Of a stretch of DNA of 64,000 nt, positions 37,360-52,032 are shown piece after piece. Each line of letters opens with the position of its first letter. Positions within the stretch are counted from its first letter, which is position 1. Below the pieces are notes generated by a model, which searched no databases, had not been told where the DNA came from, and saw only the letters and a list, made by a program, of their open reading frames with translations. The position numbers were made by a program, and so were the translations under genes. The DNA comes from Octopus sinensis (taxonomy: Eukaryota): the NCBI RefSeq assembly GCF_006345805.1, contig NC_043003.1:14384001-14448000 (forward strand), written 5' to 3'.

Positions 37360-37609
37360 CATATTTATATATATATATATATGTGTGTGTGTATATATGT
37401 ACACATATATCTGTGTATTACACACATTTGCAGTAGGCCTATCTCTATCTGAATACGCATATATGGACAATTGTCATGTTTAGTTCTGCTCTGATGTACA
37501 TTCTGTTATTATTTCTCAATACAGTTGCCATGGCGATAATTTTGGTTGGATAAACCAGAATATATTCCTGCAAGCATATAAAAAGATAGACTTTAAATGA
37601 ATTGAAATG

Positions 37610-37836
37610 ATGAGGATGCTGATGAGATAGTTACTACTACTACTACCACAGCTGCTGCTGCTGATGGTGATGGTGGTAACAGTGGTAAGAACCACTATGT
37701 CAAATGTGGCAATTATAATAATGATGACGATATTGAGGATGGTGATGACGACGACGACGATGATGTTGATGATGATGATGATGGAGATGAAGACGATGAC
37801 GATGAAGATCATGATGAAGATGAAGGTGACAACAAC

Positions 37837-37867
<31 letters not shown>

Positions 37868-37995
37868 CTGATGAAGACGATGATGATAATGAAGATGATG
37901 ATGATGATGATGAAGATGATTTTGGTAATGACGATGATGATTATGATGATGACGATGAAGATGATGATGATGATGAAGATGATGTTGGTAATGAA

Positions 37996-38026
<31 letters not shown>

Positions 38027-38124
38027 ATGATGATGACGATTAAGATGATGATGATGATGAAGATGACGTTGGTAATGAAGATGATGATGATGATTATGAT
38101 GATGACGATGAAGATGATGTTGAT
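37610..38124. repeat. (GAT)n degenerate microsatellite with duplicated blocks
   Basis: The unit ttggtaatga(c/a)gatgatgattatgatgatgacgat recurs three times. Confidence 0.9.
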
Positions 38125-38393
38125 GACTTGCGGTCGGAGGATCGCGGTTTCAACTCCCAGACCGGGTGTTGTGTGTGTTTATTGAGCGAAAACACCTAAA
38201 AGATCCACAAAGCTCCAGTAGGTGGTGGTGGTGACCCCTGTTGTACTCTTTCACCACAACTTTCTCTCACTCTCTCTTCCTGTTTCTTGAGTAACGCTGC
38301 AATGGACTGGCGTCCCGTCCAGCCGGGGGTAACACATACACCACAGAAACCGGGAAACTGGGACCATGAACCTGGCTAGGCTTGAAAAGGGCG
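38125..38393 (+). mobile_element. 5'-truncated SINE, head H2 + tail T2
   Basis: cggtcggaggatcgcggtttc...ctttcaccacaactttctctcactc, then gagtaacgctgcaatggactggcgtcccgtccag...cctggctaggcttgaaaagggcg. Confidence 0.75.
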
Positions 38394-40173
38394 ATGTTTA
38401 TCGTTTATGAGAAGGACTTCACCTTGTTTGGAAACCAGTGAGAGCTGGCATCTTGAAGGGCATCTGGCTATAGAAAAATCTGCCTCAACAAAATATCATC
38501 CCAGCTATGCAAGCATGAAATGATGATGATGATGACAACAACCACAATGGCGGCTCTGGTGGTGGTGACGACAACGACGACGACCTCCATGTCATCATCT
38601 TCCTGTTTCTAATAATTTTTCTGACTAGCAGTTTATACCTATGATAACCAAAATAAGCAAAAAGAAAACTAAGGATTTCGATTTTAAGGAATTGATGCTT
38701 GTCAGACAATTTCTGTCCATTGCTGACATCAAAGACCTTGGGAATGATGCGCAGCAGTAAAAACAATCTGTGATGACCTCTAAATTGATGCAAAGGATTC
38801 ACTATTATTAAACCATGATATTAAAGAGTGTAAATCTAGTTAGAATTTCAAGTTTGAATACATCCTGATAAAACGAGAGAACCAGCATAAAAGACGTCAA
38901 TCAGATACATTGGTACAGATGAGAGTGATGGCATTCAACACACACGGATGAAAGAATTTATAATCAAGTGAACACTATGGCCTTGCTTGTACTCAAGTTT
39001 GAGTGAGACTTTTGAAACGAGATTGTCATAATCAAATGAAATCTGTTATTGGTATCAATATACAACAGTAGCATCAGCTGGAAGATACAGGATGTTGTCA
39101 AATTGAATTGACACCAAGAATCTCTTCTCATCTAATGTAATTCACCATTCGGAGGTTGCAGATGCTTAAGTGAAAATGGTGGTTACTGACTTAATGAACT
39201 GTACTCTGTTTATTCAACTGCAATTTTTATCCCCTTAGCATTCAGATTACCTGGTCAAATGTAATGCTGCTTTTTTTTTATTCACAATGGCTTGAATCAA
39301 TTGTACACCACTTTGTCTTGTCTTTAGCGTCATTTTGTCCATCTTTATATTCAGATACTGTTGAGGTCGACTTTACCTCTCATTTCTTGAGGGTTGAGCA
39401 CTCGGGTTGATGTGATCAACTATCCTTCCTCCTCCTCCTCCCCTCCTCCTCCACCACCACCACCACCACACCACCACCACCACCACCACCACCACCACCA
39501 CCACCACCACCACCACCACCACCACCACCACCACCCCTCCACCCTCCTCAAAATTCAAATAAGTTATTATCTTTAAAAAGATAATGATAAGGTAGCCAGC
39601 AAACATAATCCAAATTGGCAAAGAATATATATTAAAAGTCAGGCGACAATATGTACCAATTTGCTAGAAAGAAGAGTTAAAACTTTCCAAAACCATGTAT
39701 CCTTCACTATATGTAAACATGCACGGAGAATGTAACAAATACATTTAGAAAAACGGTCGTCCCAATTTGTAAAACTACAAACAGTGGGGTGGGTAGATAT
39801 GCCAATATAAATTGATTTCACTTTCTGTGTTGAATTGACACTTAAAGCTCATCAGCTAGGCTTTTTGCATAAACTATTTATAAAAATATATTTACCTTCC
39901 TGCGCACATCTGTTCAGTTGAAGAGGTGGTGCCCCAGCATGGCCCGGTCAAATGACTGAAACAACGACTTGTCTCAGATATTTCTTAAATGACACACACA
40001 CACATATATATTACATAGCATATATATATATAATATTATATATATATAACATACCATATATCAGATGGATATGTGTGTACTGTTTTATTAATGTGTGTGC
40101 ATAATATATATATATACATACATATATATATATATATATTATATATATTATATGTGTATATATGTATATATAT

Positions 40174-40210
<37 letters not shown>

Positions 40211-40366
40211 GTATTACATGCATGATGATGATGATGATGATGTATATACATATAATATATATATGTATATATATATATACATATGCATACATATATATGT
40301 ACATACATACAAATATATGTATACATATATATACACACATATATGTATATATGTGTGTATATATGC

Positions 40367-40704
40367 GTGAAGGCGCGTGGCTCAGTGGTTAGAGCGTCGA
40401 GCTTACGATCGTGAGGTTGTGAGCTCGAATCCCGGATTGGGCTGCGTGTTGTATTCTTGAGCAAGACACTTTATTTCACGTTGCTCCAGTTCACCCAGCT
40501 GTAGAAATGAGTTGCGACGTCACAGGTGCCAAGCTGTATCAGCCTCTTTGCCTTTCCCTTGGACAACATCGCTGACGTGGAGAAGGGAGACCGGTATGCA
40601 TGGGCGACTGCTGGTCTTCCATAAAACAACCTTGCCCAGACTTGTGCCTCAGAGGGTAACTCTCTAGGTGCAAACCCATGGTCAGTGTCTGACCGAAGGG
40701 TGTC
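40367..40704 (+). mobile_element. tRNA-derived SINE, head H1 + tail T1
   Basis: A box tggctcagtgg, B box gctcgaatccc, central ttgagcaagacactttatttcacgttgctccag block. Second copy at 56499-56838. Confidence 0.8.
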
Positions 40705-41136
40705 ATATCATATATATGTATATATTATGTATATATATATATTATATGCATAACAGCATCTTTTTCAATGAACCCATCTGATGCCAGCATGGAAAATAGA
40801 TGTAAAATGATAATGATGATGATGATGAAGACAGAAATTCGCATGGTTTATTTCAGTTTCACTCCAAAGAAAAAATGTCCACTGCTAGAAACAGCACACA
40901 CACACACACACACATGCATGTACACACACACAAATAGAAGCACATAAATTTGCATAACAGTAAAACTATATATATATATATACACACACCACATCTATAT
41001 GCATATGCATATATATATATATATATATATACATATATATATTATATATATATATTATATATATTATATATATATATATGCAATATGCATACATATATAT
41101 ATATATATATTATAATATATATATATATATATAATA

Positions 41137-41173
<37 letters not shown>

Positions 41174-41344
41174 ATATATATATATATCTATATATATATA
41201 TATATATATATATTTATGTATTATGTATGTATATGTATGTATGTATAGAGGTTATGGAGGCTAACAGAGTGTATAAATAGCTGTGTATCAATACACCTGA
41301 GACAATGGAACTGAAATTTGTGGTACGGAAGATATGTAAAATAA

Positions 41345-41890
41345 TGTGATTTGCGACAACAATGACAACAACAACAACAAAAAGCAACAGCTGCACCTCC
41401 TACACCACCACCACCACCACCACCACCACCACCACTGCTGCCACCACCAAAATCATCATCATTACCACCACTACTGCCGCCACTGCTGTTGCCACCTCGC
41501 TGCCATCATCACCACCACCACCACCCCCACCCCACCCCACCCCCCCCCCACCATCATCACCACCACCACTACTACCGCCACCGCTGTTGCCACTGTGCTG
41601 CCATCATCACCACCGCCTCCACCACCAACTCCGCCACCACTACGTTAACCCCCATCACCATCACTATCACCACTATCATCACCCCACCACCACCACCACC
41701 ACCAAAGCTACCATGGCCACCACCGCCACTATCATCACCCCACTACCACTGCCACCCCACCACCACCACCACCACCAAAGCTACCATGACCACAACCGCT
41801 ACTATCATCACCCCCACTACCACCTCTGCTGCCACTGTTACCACCGTCACCACTACTACTACCACCACCACCAATGCTGATGATGATGAT
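41345..41890. repeat. (ACC/CAT)n compound microsatellite
   Basis: Trinucleotide low-complexity tract with a duplicated caccaccaccaaagctaccatg block. Confidence 0.9.
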
Positions 41891-42234
41891 TTCAAGCGTT
41901 ATCAAAGGGTTACATAGTTTAAGGATTAGATAAGATTAGATTTTGTCCAACCACTGCACACAACTGGGACTGATTTTGTTGACCCCAGAAGGATGAAAGA
42001 CCCGGCTAACTCTTGTGGGATTTGAAAGGAATGTAAGTAATTATTGGAAAGTGTTTTGAACCGTACGTTACTATTTCTAGCTATCAATCACTCTAATAAC
42101 TCTGATAAGAATTTTAGAGATCGACTTTACCATTTCTGATGTTAACCATTCGAATAATTAATGCAAGTTGTTTAAAAACATCGTTTTATCACTTCTAATA
42201 TCAAACAATTGCTGTTATGTCACACATGTGAACA

Positions 42235-42862
42235 TACTTTTCTACTCTAGGCACAAGACCTGAAATTTTTGGGGGAGGGGGCCAGTCAATTAGATTGACC
42301 CCAGTACGCAACCGGTACTTAATTTATCGACTCTGAAAGGATGAAAGGCAAAGTCGACCTCGGTGGAATTTGAACTCAGAATGTAAAGACAGATGAAATA
42401 CCGCTAAGCATTTCACCCAGTGTGCTAACATTTGTGCCAGCTCGCTGCTTTTAAAATATACTTTTCTGCTCTATGCACAAGGCCTGAAATTTGGGAGAGG
42501 GGGCCAGTCAATTAAATTGAACCCAGTATGCAACTGGTACTTAATTTATCAACCCTGACAGGCCGAAAGGCAAAGTTGACTGCGGTGGAATTTGAACTCA
42601 GAATGTAGACAGACGAAATACCTATTTCTTTACTACCCACAAGGGGCTAAACACAGAGAGGACAAACAAGGACAGACAAATGGATTAAGTCGATTATATC
42701 GACCCCATTGCGTAACTAGTACTTTTTTAATCGACCCCGAAAGGATGAAAGGTAAAGTCGACCTTGGTGGAATTTGAACTCAGAACGTAGCGGCAGACCA
42801 GTAGACGAAATACCGGTAGGCATTTTATCTGGTGTGCTAACGTTTCTGCCGGCTCGCCGCCT
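42235..42862 (-). mobile_element. Head-to-tail array of three family B SINEs
   Basis: Three successive ...ggtacttaatttatc...gaatttgaactcagaa units; the middle one lacks its 5' head. Confidence 0.8.
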
Positions 42863-43112
42863 TACACAAATGTGAATATTACCTTCTTTCACTAAAAGAC
42901 CTTTTCTGACCAATTTTGGATCTGAAATAAATAATCCTTTCTATTGTGTGGCCATGTGGTAAGAAGCTTGCTTCCCAACAACATGGTTCTGGGTTCAGTC
43001 CCACTGCATGGCAACTTGGGCAAGTGTCTTCTACTATGGTCTTGGGCCAACCGAAGCCTTGTGAGTGGATTTGGTAGATGGAAAATGAAAGAAGCCTGTT
43101 GTATGTGTATAT

Positions 43113-43202
<90 letters not shown>

Positions 43203-43630
43203 GTGTGTGTCTTTGTGTCTGTGTTTGTCACCCCATCATCTCTTGATAACCGAGGTAAGAAGCTTGCTTCCCAACCACATGGTTTCAGGTTCAGCCTCAC
43301 TGTATGACACCTTTGGTAAGTGTCTTCTAATTTAGCCTCAGGCCAACCAAAGCTTTCTGAGTGGATTTGGTAGACGGAAACTGAAAGAAGCCCGTCATAT
43401 ATGTGTGTGTATGTTTGTGCATGTGTGTGTGTGTATGTGTGTGTGTGTGTGTGTGTGTGTTTGTTCTATCCACCATCGCTTGACAACTGATGCTCGTGTG
43501 TTTATGTCCCTGAAACTTAGCAGTTTGGCAAAAGAGACTGATAGAATAAGTACTAGGCTTGCAAAGAATAAGTCCTGGGGTTGATTTGTTTGACTAAAGG
43601 CAGTGCTCCAGCATGGCCACAGTCAAATGT

Positions 43631-43943
43631 TTGCCTCTCAAACCCTCTTTCATGGGGCCGAAGAGATGATAGTTTGAAGGCATTAAATTATTCCAGTGAT
43701 GAGGAAGTGATAACTGTAGTGAAGAAGTGGCTCAAAGAACAGTCAACAGAATTTTACAGGGCAGGGATACATACTCTCGTTTGAAGGTGGAACATTGCTA
43801 TTGATAGAAACGATGACTATGTTGAGAAGTAGGGATGTTATCCACAGAGGACCAGCTTCTTTTTGATGTATGATACATGTTCCTGTGTTGGTAATTATAC
43901 CTGTCCTTAACAAAATGGCATTACTTTTTGACTCACCCTCGTA
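43631..43943 (+). mobile_element. Mariner transposase 3' fragment with right TIR
   Basis: ...YSSDEEVITVVKKWLKEQSTEFYRAGIHTLV..WNIAIDRNDDYVEK* followed by the TIR ggcattactttttgactcaccctcg|TA. Confidence 0.8.
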
Positions 43944-44006
43944 ACATATCTTGAATGGCCCAACAATGCAGAGTTGACTATAATAACTGTTATAATTTAA
44001 TTATTC

Positions 44007-44055
44007 ATAGTCTGATATAATATTTTGGAATATAAAAATTCCTTCTTCAGATATC
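44007..44055 (-). ncRNA. Degenerate hammerhead motif
   Basis: CTGAAGA-A-GGAAT-TTTTAT-ATTCC-AAAA (G12>A)-TATTATA-TC|AGACTAT. Helix I pairs poorly. Confidence 0.45.
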
Positions 44056-44550
44056 GCTAGGAATTGATCAAGTCACTGCTATAATCGGTTTTCCAATGGT
44101 TACTGAAATTTTTTTATGGTGGGGAAGTGTTTCTGCAGTGGTCTCATGAAGTTCCCTCCAAAATTCCTCATGAGAAGTGCGTGAGGATGGCCATTTTCTG
44201 AAGCTTGTGTGTGTTTGTATATCCGCAAACTGCTTCTAAGTTATGTATTATACATACAGTTTTTGTTTTGTATAGCTTTTAATAAGATGAATGTATTGAA
44301 AGGAAATTTAGATGAATGAAAGGAGTCATTGTCTGTTTCTGATTCATCCTTTGTTAATAGTTTAAAACTTGCACTGGATACTCTGGTCCAAAGAACAACG
44401 ACAAAATAACATGGGAAAGTTCTGTTTATACTAGTTGTATGTGGTGTTAAAGAGAGAAGTAAGAATATTTCAATGAAAGTGGTGAGTGTGCTAAAGTTAA
44501 TGTTGGCGGTTCTTTTTTTATAGTTCAGTATTAACTTTTGACAGTCATAA

Positions 44551-44904
44551 CAAAATTCTGGCCAATAAAATTAAAAGTAAACATCTCTTGGATTTTTGAG
44601 TGATGATGTCACTACAAATCTGTCCAATCAGATTTGTTCTGGAGCATGTTAAAAGAGGCCAGATTTACAGAGACACAAATAGTGTGAAAGCTCAGGAGCT
44701 TAGTGACATGAGCGGTGAAGCATAACAGCAGAATACAAAAATTTGCCTGCAGTTACACTTCACTGCTCATGTCACTAAGCGTCTGAGCTTTCAGATTGTC
44801 TGTCTGTCTCTGTAAATCTGGTCTTTTTTAATATGCTCCAGAACAAATCTGATTGGACAGATCTGCAAGTGATGTTCGTATATAATTTTATTAGCAAAAT
44901 TTTT
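44551..44904. mobile_element. Foldback/palindromic MITE (about 350-bp hairpin)
   Basis: Left arm 44608-44720 is the reverse complement of 44758-44873 (37-nt loop). Outer arms aaaattctggccaataaaatta / taattttattagcaaaatttt extend the stem. Confidence 0.85.
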
Positions 44905-45209
44905 GTTGCATTCATTAATTGATCTTTTAAAATTCTAGTTATTTACTAATGAGTCACAAGTTTAAATTAAAGTGTAGACCTGCTACAAGCTCTAACATGA
45001 GTAGAAATTGAACTGGTGAGTGTGTTAATTAACAAGGCATTAAACCAGGATGACTCTCCAGACCCAACAATATATGCTTCAGCACACGAATTCACATAAA
45101 GAATCTTGCAAAGCAAATACAAAAACGATATATATATATATATTGATTATATATATATATATACATATTATAATATTATATTATATATATATTATTATAT
45201 ATATAATAT

Positions 45210-45240
<31 letters not shown>

Positions 45241-46435
45241 TATATATCAGAAAATGAGACGACAAAGAAATCTTTTGTCATCTCAGTTCTTATCATCACT
45301 CTAACTCATATAGCACTGAAAGCAATAAAAGATAAAGATAACAAATAAAGGATTCCATAGCTAAAAACATGGTTGAGAATCACTGATCTTGATTGAGAAT
45401 TCATAATAATTCCAAAACTGTCATTTTACTAGAACCTGTTATATTTCCCATTTGCTCTGCAAAATGCTCCCTTAATCCTTCTGCTGCCATATCTCTGTTT
45501 AAATACTCTTTGTTTTAATTAATTTCGAAAATAAAGAAGAATTTAATAAAATGAATTTGTTATTATTAAGCTGGTGTTTGGAATAATATGAAATTTTGAT
45601 TGAAGGTTTTAATTTAGATTGCTTTAAAATGGAATTTGTTATAGGCACAGGCGTGGCTGTGTGGTAAGAATTTTGCTTCCCGTCTCATTGTGGTTCCAGG
45701 TTCAGTTCCACTGCATGACACCTTGTGCAAGTGTGTTTTACTATAGCCTTGGGCTGATCAAAACCTTGTGAGTGGATTTGGCAGATGGAAATTGGAAGAA
45801 AAACCATATTATATATATATATATATATCATCATCGTTTAACATCCGTTTTCCATGCTAGCATGAGTTGGACGATTTGACTGAGGACTGGTGAACCTGAT
45901 GGCTGCACCAGGCACCAGTCTGATCTGGCAGTGTTTCTACAGCTGGATGCCCTTCCTAATGCCAACCACTCCGTGAGCGTAGTGGGTGCTTTTTACATGT
46001 CACCGGCACAGGGTCCAGAGGAGACTGGCAAATGGCAATGATTGGTGGCCGGGTAAAATTAATTAATTAATTAATAATTAATAATTTTACCAAGTAGTTC
46101 GGTATGTTAAAAGAACCATTATCAGTAAACTTATACAAAAATTCTATAATTATGAGTATAATTATAATTAGGGTTCAGCAAAATTTGCTTCACCACATAC
46201 CGAAATTTAGAAATAGCAGTTAAAAACTACTATTCTACTACTATAAGATATCTCCCAGACAGCTATGCTCAAAAACTGTTGTAAAATAGTAAAATGGTAA
46301 AAATAGTAAAAAAGTAAAGTCCAAGGTAATATCTGGAGGTTGTGAAATCACATTTTATAATTAATAAATAGATCTAGCAGATGTTTGTCAATTGAATATC
46401 TTCTCCATTTTCTTCATGCCTTATATATATTATGT

Positions 46436-46501
<66 letters not shown>

Positions 46502-46892
46502 CATACAATATATATGTATATGTATATATATATACATACATATATGTATATGTATATATATACATACATATATATGTATGTATATATATACATATACATA
46601 TATATAATACATATATTTATATATACATATATATATATATACACACACATATTTTTTTTTTTTAATTGTTTCAGTCATTTGACTGTCGCCATGCTGGAGC
46701 ACCGCCTTTAGTCGAACAAATCGACCCCGGGACTTATTCTTTGTAAGCCCAGTACTTATTCTATCGGTCTCTTTTGCCGAACCGCTAAGTGACGGGGACA
46801 TAAACACACTAGTATCAGTTGTCAAGCATATATATATATATATATATATATAATAAATGTGTGTATGTATGTATGTAGATGTATATATATGT

Positions 46893-46951
<59 letters not shown>

Positions 46952-47846
46952 GTGACAGAGATCTCTGGCCATATGTTCTACTTGAGAAGACTTGTTAAGC
47001 CAAGTGAAATCGTAGTTGTGGCCATTGCTGGTGCCATGTAAATGGTACCTGTGAAATTGTAATCGTGGCTATTGCTGATAGCATGATCTTTGAATGTTGG
47101 GCATAATGGAGGTGATGACAAGCGACTGAGACCTTGGTGATATGCTGTGCTTGAGAAGACTTGTCAAGCCAAGGGAAATCGCAGTCATGGCTGTTGCCAG
47201 TGTTATGTTGGTGGCATGTAAAAAGCACTCATTACACTCTTGGAGTGGTTGGCATTACAAAGGGTATTCAGCTGTAGAAACCATTTCAAATCAGACTGAA
47301 CCTGGTGCAGTTCTCTGGCTTGCCAGTTCCAGTGAAGCCATCTAACCCATGCCAGCATGGAAAGCAGACGTTAAATGATGATGATGATGATGTCTTGACA
47401 TAGCACAAGCGTTGAGAGTGACACTATCATGCAATCAGTGTCCTTCCATTCTCATCTCTGTAAACATGTCCAGCCACAGAGAAGTATTACTTTGCTTGGA
47501 AATAGGCGAGGGTTGGCAGCAGGAAAAGCATCCAGCTGTAGAGAATCTGCCACAATGAATTTTATTTGACCCATGCAAGCTTGGAAATATGGACTTAATG
47601 ACGATAACGATGAAGATAATGACAACGATGGCAATGGTAACAGTGATAACAATGAAATAATTGTCTTACCTGTGTAAATAAGAATATTTTCTAATTAAAA
47701 AAAAAAATGATAATTTGCTTAATTTTTTTTCTGTCTTGAAAATAGTTCTAAAAATATAATGTTCTCTCATGAATTCCATCAGATATATTACTCACCAATA
47801 TTGCATTCCAATGGCAAAATACTACTCAGATAGCATTAGATAAGTT

Positions 47847-47882
<36 letters not shown>

Positions 47883-48549
47883 GTCGTCATCGTCGTCGTC
47901 GTCGTCATCATCATCATCATCATCATTATAATTGTTGTCATTATTATTATTATTATTATTATCATCATCAATTTCTTATCATGAAAGGCTGGAACTTTTT
48001 TTTGTTGTCTCACTTGTACCAAGAGTTGTTAAATGCCTCCGGCAGCCTGGCAGATTAACTGGTGAGGAAATAGAAAGCATTTTCCACTCCTTTTAGTTTC
48101 CAATACAACATTATCTTTAGTTCATTCCGCTCCTTATAGTTCTCTACATAATATTATCTTTAGCTGGAGAAAATAGCAAAAAAAAAATATCTGTTCATAA
48201 GTATGTATATATATAAGTATATGCAAATTTCCTAAGTTCATCTCAGTATATATGTAAATTTCTAGGAGTTCATACAAATATATGTATACAGATTTCTAGA
48301 AACCCACATGACATGTGCTAACCTTAAGAAACTCAGGCTAAGTGTCTCCACAAAAGTAAGTAAATATATATATATTATGGGTGCAGGCATGTTCGCATGA
48401 TAAGCTTTCCTCCCAACTATATTGTTCTGAGCTCAGTCCCACTGTGTGGCACTTGGGTAAGTGTCTTCCGCTATAGTAATGGGCTGACCAAAGCCTTGTG
48501 AATGCATTTGGTAGAGAGAAACTGAAAAAAGCCTATGCATGTGTGCATG

Positions 48550-48591
<42 letters not shown>

Positions 48592-51224
48592 CATCATCAT
48601 TATCATCATCATTTAACATCTGTTTTCCATGCTGGCATGGGTTAGATGGTTTTGCTGGAACCTGTAAGCCGGAAAGCCGCACCACGTTCCAGTTTGATTT
48701 GGCAAATGCCCTTCCTAACGCTAACCACTCCAAGAGTGCAATGGGTGCGTTTTATGTGTGTGTGTGAGTGTATGTTTGTATGTATGTATGTGTGTGTGTG
48801 GGTATTTGTGTGTATCTTTGTGTCTGTGTCTGTTCCCCATGACTGGTTGACAACAGATGTCAGTTTGTTTACATCCCTGTAACTTAACAGTTCAGCAAAA
48901 GACACTGATAGAATAAGTACCAGGCTTCAAAAAACCCCCCAAAAAACAAGTGTTTGAGTTGATTCATTCAATTATAAATTTCTTCAAGGTGATGCCCCAG
49001 CATGGCCACAGTCTAATGATTGAAACAAGCAAAAGAATAAAAGATAAACTTACGAAAGTTTCTGAAAATTTGTTCCCCAAAATGAGTGTGTACACTGTAT
49101 GAACTAATAGCAATTTGAATACATACCCTACTCATGGCCCTATGCCTACCTTTCTCTTTTATCCATTTCAGTCATTAGACTGCGGCCATGCTGGGGCACA
49201 GTCAAAGGAATTGATCTCACTACTTAGTTTATTTTGAAGTCAGATATTTATTCTATTGGTCTATTTTACCAAACCATTAAGTTATGGGGATGTAAATACA
49301 CCAACACCAGTTGTCAAGCAATGGGAGGAGGGACAAACACAGCCACAAAAATACACGCACGCACACACACACATACACACATATATGAAAGCCTTCTTTC
49401 TGTTTCAATCTACCAAATTCACTCACAAGGCTTTGATCAGCCAGAGGCTATAGTAGAAAACACTTACCAAGGGTGCCATGCAGTGGGACTGAACCTGGAG
49501 CCATGGGGTTTGGAATTGAGCTTCTTACTGCTCAACCATGTCAGCTGGAAATGATTATATATCACTTATTAAAACTTGACAAGGTTACAATGGAGAAAAA
49601 GAAAAAAAAACTGTAAAATAATTGACTGTGACTAGATTAAACAGTCAAACAATCCCAGGGCCTCTTAACTGGTGTGGCAGAACAGGTTTGTACTAAAAGT
49701 AAAAACCGATTCAGTGAATGAACACTAAACAACCTGCAACTTGATGAGTATTTTGGTGTTTTACAGTTCAGCAAATACATGAAAATCCATGAGTGACAAA
49801 CAAATGAATAAATGAACCAAGTGACATTGGAAAGTAAAAGAAAACACAAAGGAATCTTTTCTTTAGAAGCTATTTCTAATGTTGTTAAGACGTTTATTAC
49901 TTGCAAGATATCTTACCCCATTAGTGTCCAAATTTTTTAAATTTAATTTATCACCAAAAATCTTTTTTTTTTATACAACTTTATCTGATAAAAAATATAT
50001 AAAAAAATATAAAAAAAATTTTGTTATTGTTACTGAATGTGTTAGTGTTATTTAATTTCTGAACGGTTTTGCTGAACGGTTTTGTTTATGTAGTTTGATT
50101 TCTTTATCCATCAGTTTCTACTAAGATAGAGACACGAATGAAATTAATAATAGAGAAACGAAAACAAAACTTTGGAAACAGCAACACCGCCATAACTTAC
50201 GTGGAAACCAGGAGTGTGCTTTTAAGGGAGAGAATCAGAGAAAGACTTGAAAGTCAACATAAGATCGTAATACTTCAAGGACAGACAAAGGGCTAAGTCA
50301 ATTACATTGACTCCAGTGTGTTACTGGTACTTATTTAATCAACACTGAAAGGATGAACAGCAAAGTTGACCATGGGCGAATTTGAACTCAGAACATAACA
50401 GCAGATGAAATACCGCTAAGCATTTCACCCGGTGTGCTAACGATTCTGCCAGCTCGCCACCTTCAATATAACCCAAGGGTTATATGAACCCTCAAGGGTT
50501 TATGTAGAGCCCAGCTCAGAACCACTGATTTAGAGGGGAAAGAGTTTATGAATCATTAGAAAGTTAGAAACGATATTGAGTGTTTCTTAGCTTTAAAACC
50601 GGAAGAATTTTATGCCTTAGGGATCAACAAATTTACTAAATAGATGGGATTATGTTATCAATAATGAGAAAAAATATAGTCTTCATTAAATATATCAATG
50701 AAGACAAAAGAAACATTTGTTTCTTTCACATCTTGGAATATGACAGGACTTTCTTTCCAATCTAATACAGAAACAGACGTGTATGAACAAAGATAGACTT
50801 AGCGAGACAAACATATATAATCATAAAATACTATGAGATACAAACACAAAATATATAGGTAAGCAATGAATGGTATAAATATAGAGAAAACATGTATGAA
50901 CTTTGATTGACGTATGTAGACAAAGAGAGATGTACTTAGATGAAATATAGGCACTCAAATATATCAATAGACACTGGCTGACATAAAATATGAAGATGGG
51001 TATGTTTAAAGACAGATAGTCATACATCGACAAAGATGGACGTATTTGAAGATATATATATATTTATATATATATGTATGTATGCACATCACATGAAAAT
51101 ATAGACTAACATATGTAGGCTGTATCATTTACTGACAAATACAAACATATATAGACAGAGATGAACATTTATCAAGACTGAGATATCAGGTGATTTAGAA
51201 GTAAAGCAGCATTTAGCACAGTAA

Positions 51225-51616
51225 TCTCTCTCTATATAAAGCTGAAGTTGTCTGTGTATAGCAGGTTTGGTAACCTTCAACTAACACTATCTCCTCCGAG
51301 ACCCTGTGGCGCAAGTTGACCAAAATTGAAAGTATGATAGAAGAAGGCTTGCTTTTCCTTCTGTAGAAAAAAAATTCCAAATCGGACCATGTTAACACGA
51401 AATATTATTTACATCAATAAGGTGATTTTTTTCTATGAAAATCCCTATTTCTTTCGATTTTTTGACTGCTGTGTCGCCATTTTTTGGTGTATTTCAATCA
51501 GAAAAATGTTCACTTAAAGAGAATAACAAGGTACATACTGCAAAATTTTTACTTTTCAAAAATTCCAATTCTAAAGGGTTGAAACAAATCCGAGCAACGC
51601 CAGGTGATACTGTTAG
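51225..51616 (+). mobile_element. Non-autonomous Helitron
   Basis: A|TCTCTCTCTATATAAAGCTGAAGTTG 5' end; 3' subterminal ccgagcaacgccagg hairpin remnant and GTTAG|T end; no TSD. Confidence 0.65.
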
Positions 51617-52032
51617 TAATGTGTAAATACTGCTTTAGCTATAAGATACTTGCTAAGCAAACTAAGATATGTAGACAAAAGCTCTTTTAAATAATAAAAA
51701 AAAGGTGTGCATACAGTAAGACATACATAAAGGCTGGAACATACAAACAAAAAACAGGATCATCTACAAATCTCATTCATTCCTTTTCTCTAATTGGTCC
51801 CATTTTTCAGACAAGAGAATGCAAAAGATGTACACAAACACACACACAGACACACGCGCAAACAGCTGACCACCTTCTACCACAACTGACATCATCCAAT
51901 GGGAGGCAGCTCTTCTTTCCATCCTGAAAAATGTTATAACTTTTTATCATGCTTCTTGTCTTGGTTTTTATCATCATCACACAAACCGGGATTGTATATT
52001 TACCTCCAGTGTAAAAGAGGCTGTGTGCATTT

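Noticed and set aside
37650-38124. Poly-Asp frame resembling acidic biomineral proteins
   Set aside because: It has an in-frame TAA at about 38041, no start or splice signals, and merges into a SINE. It is a (GAT)n microsatellite.
38633-38760. Protein-like frame QFIPMITKISKKKTKDFDFKELMLVRQFLSIADIKDLGNDAQQ*
   Set aside because: No recognisable homology; it could be a terminal exon or a TE relic but cannot be supported without a search.
40367-40445. tRNA genes (also at 56499, 62403, 63745, 61596)
   Set aside because: Acceptor stems do not close and each runs into a SINE body; these are tRNA-derived heads.
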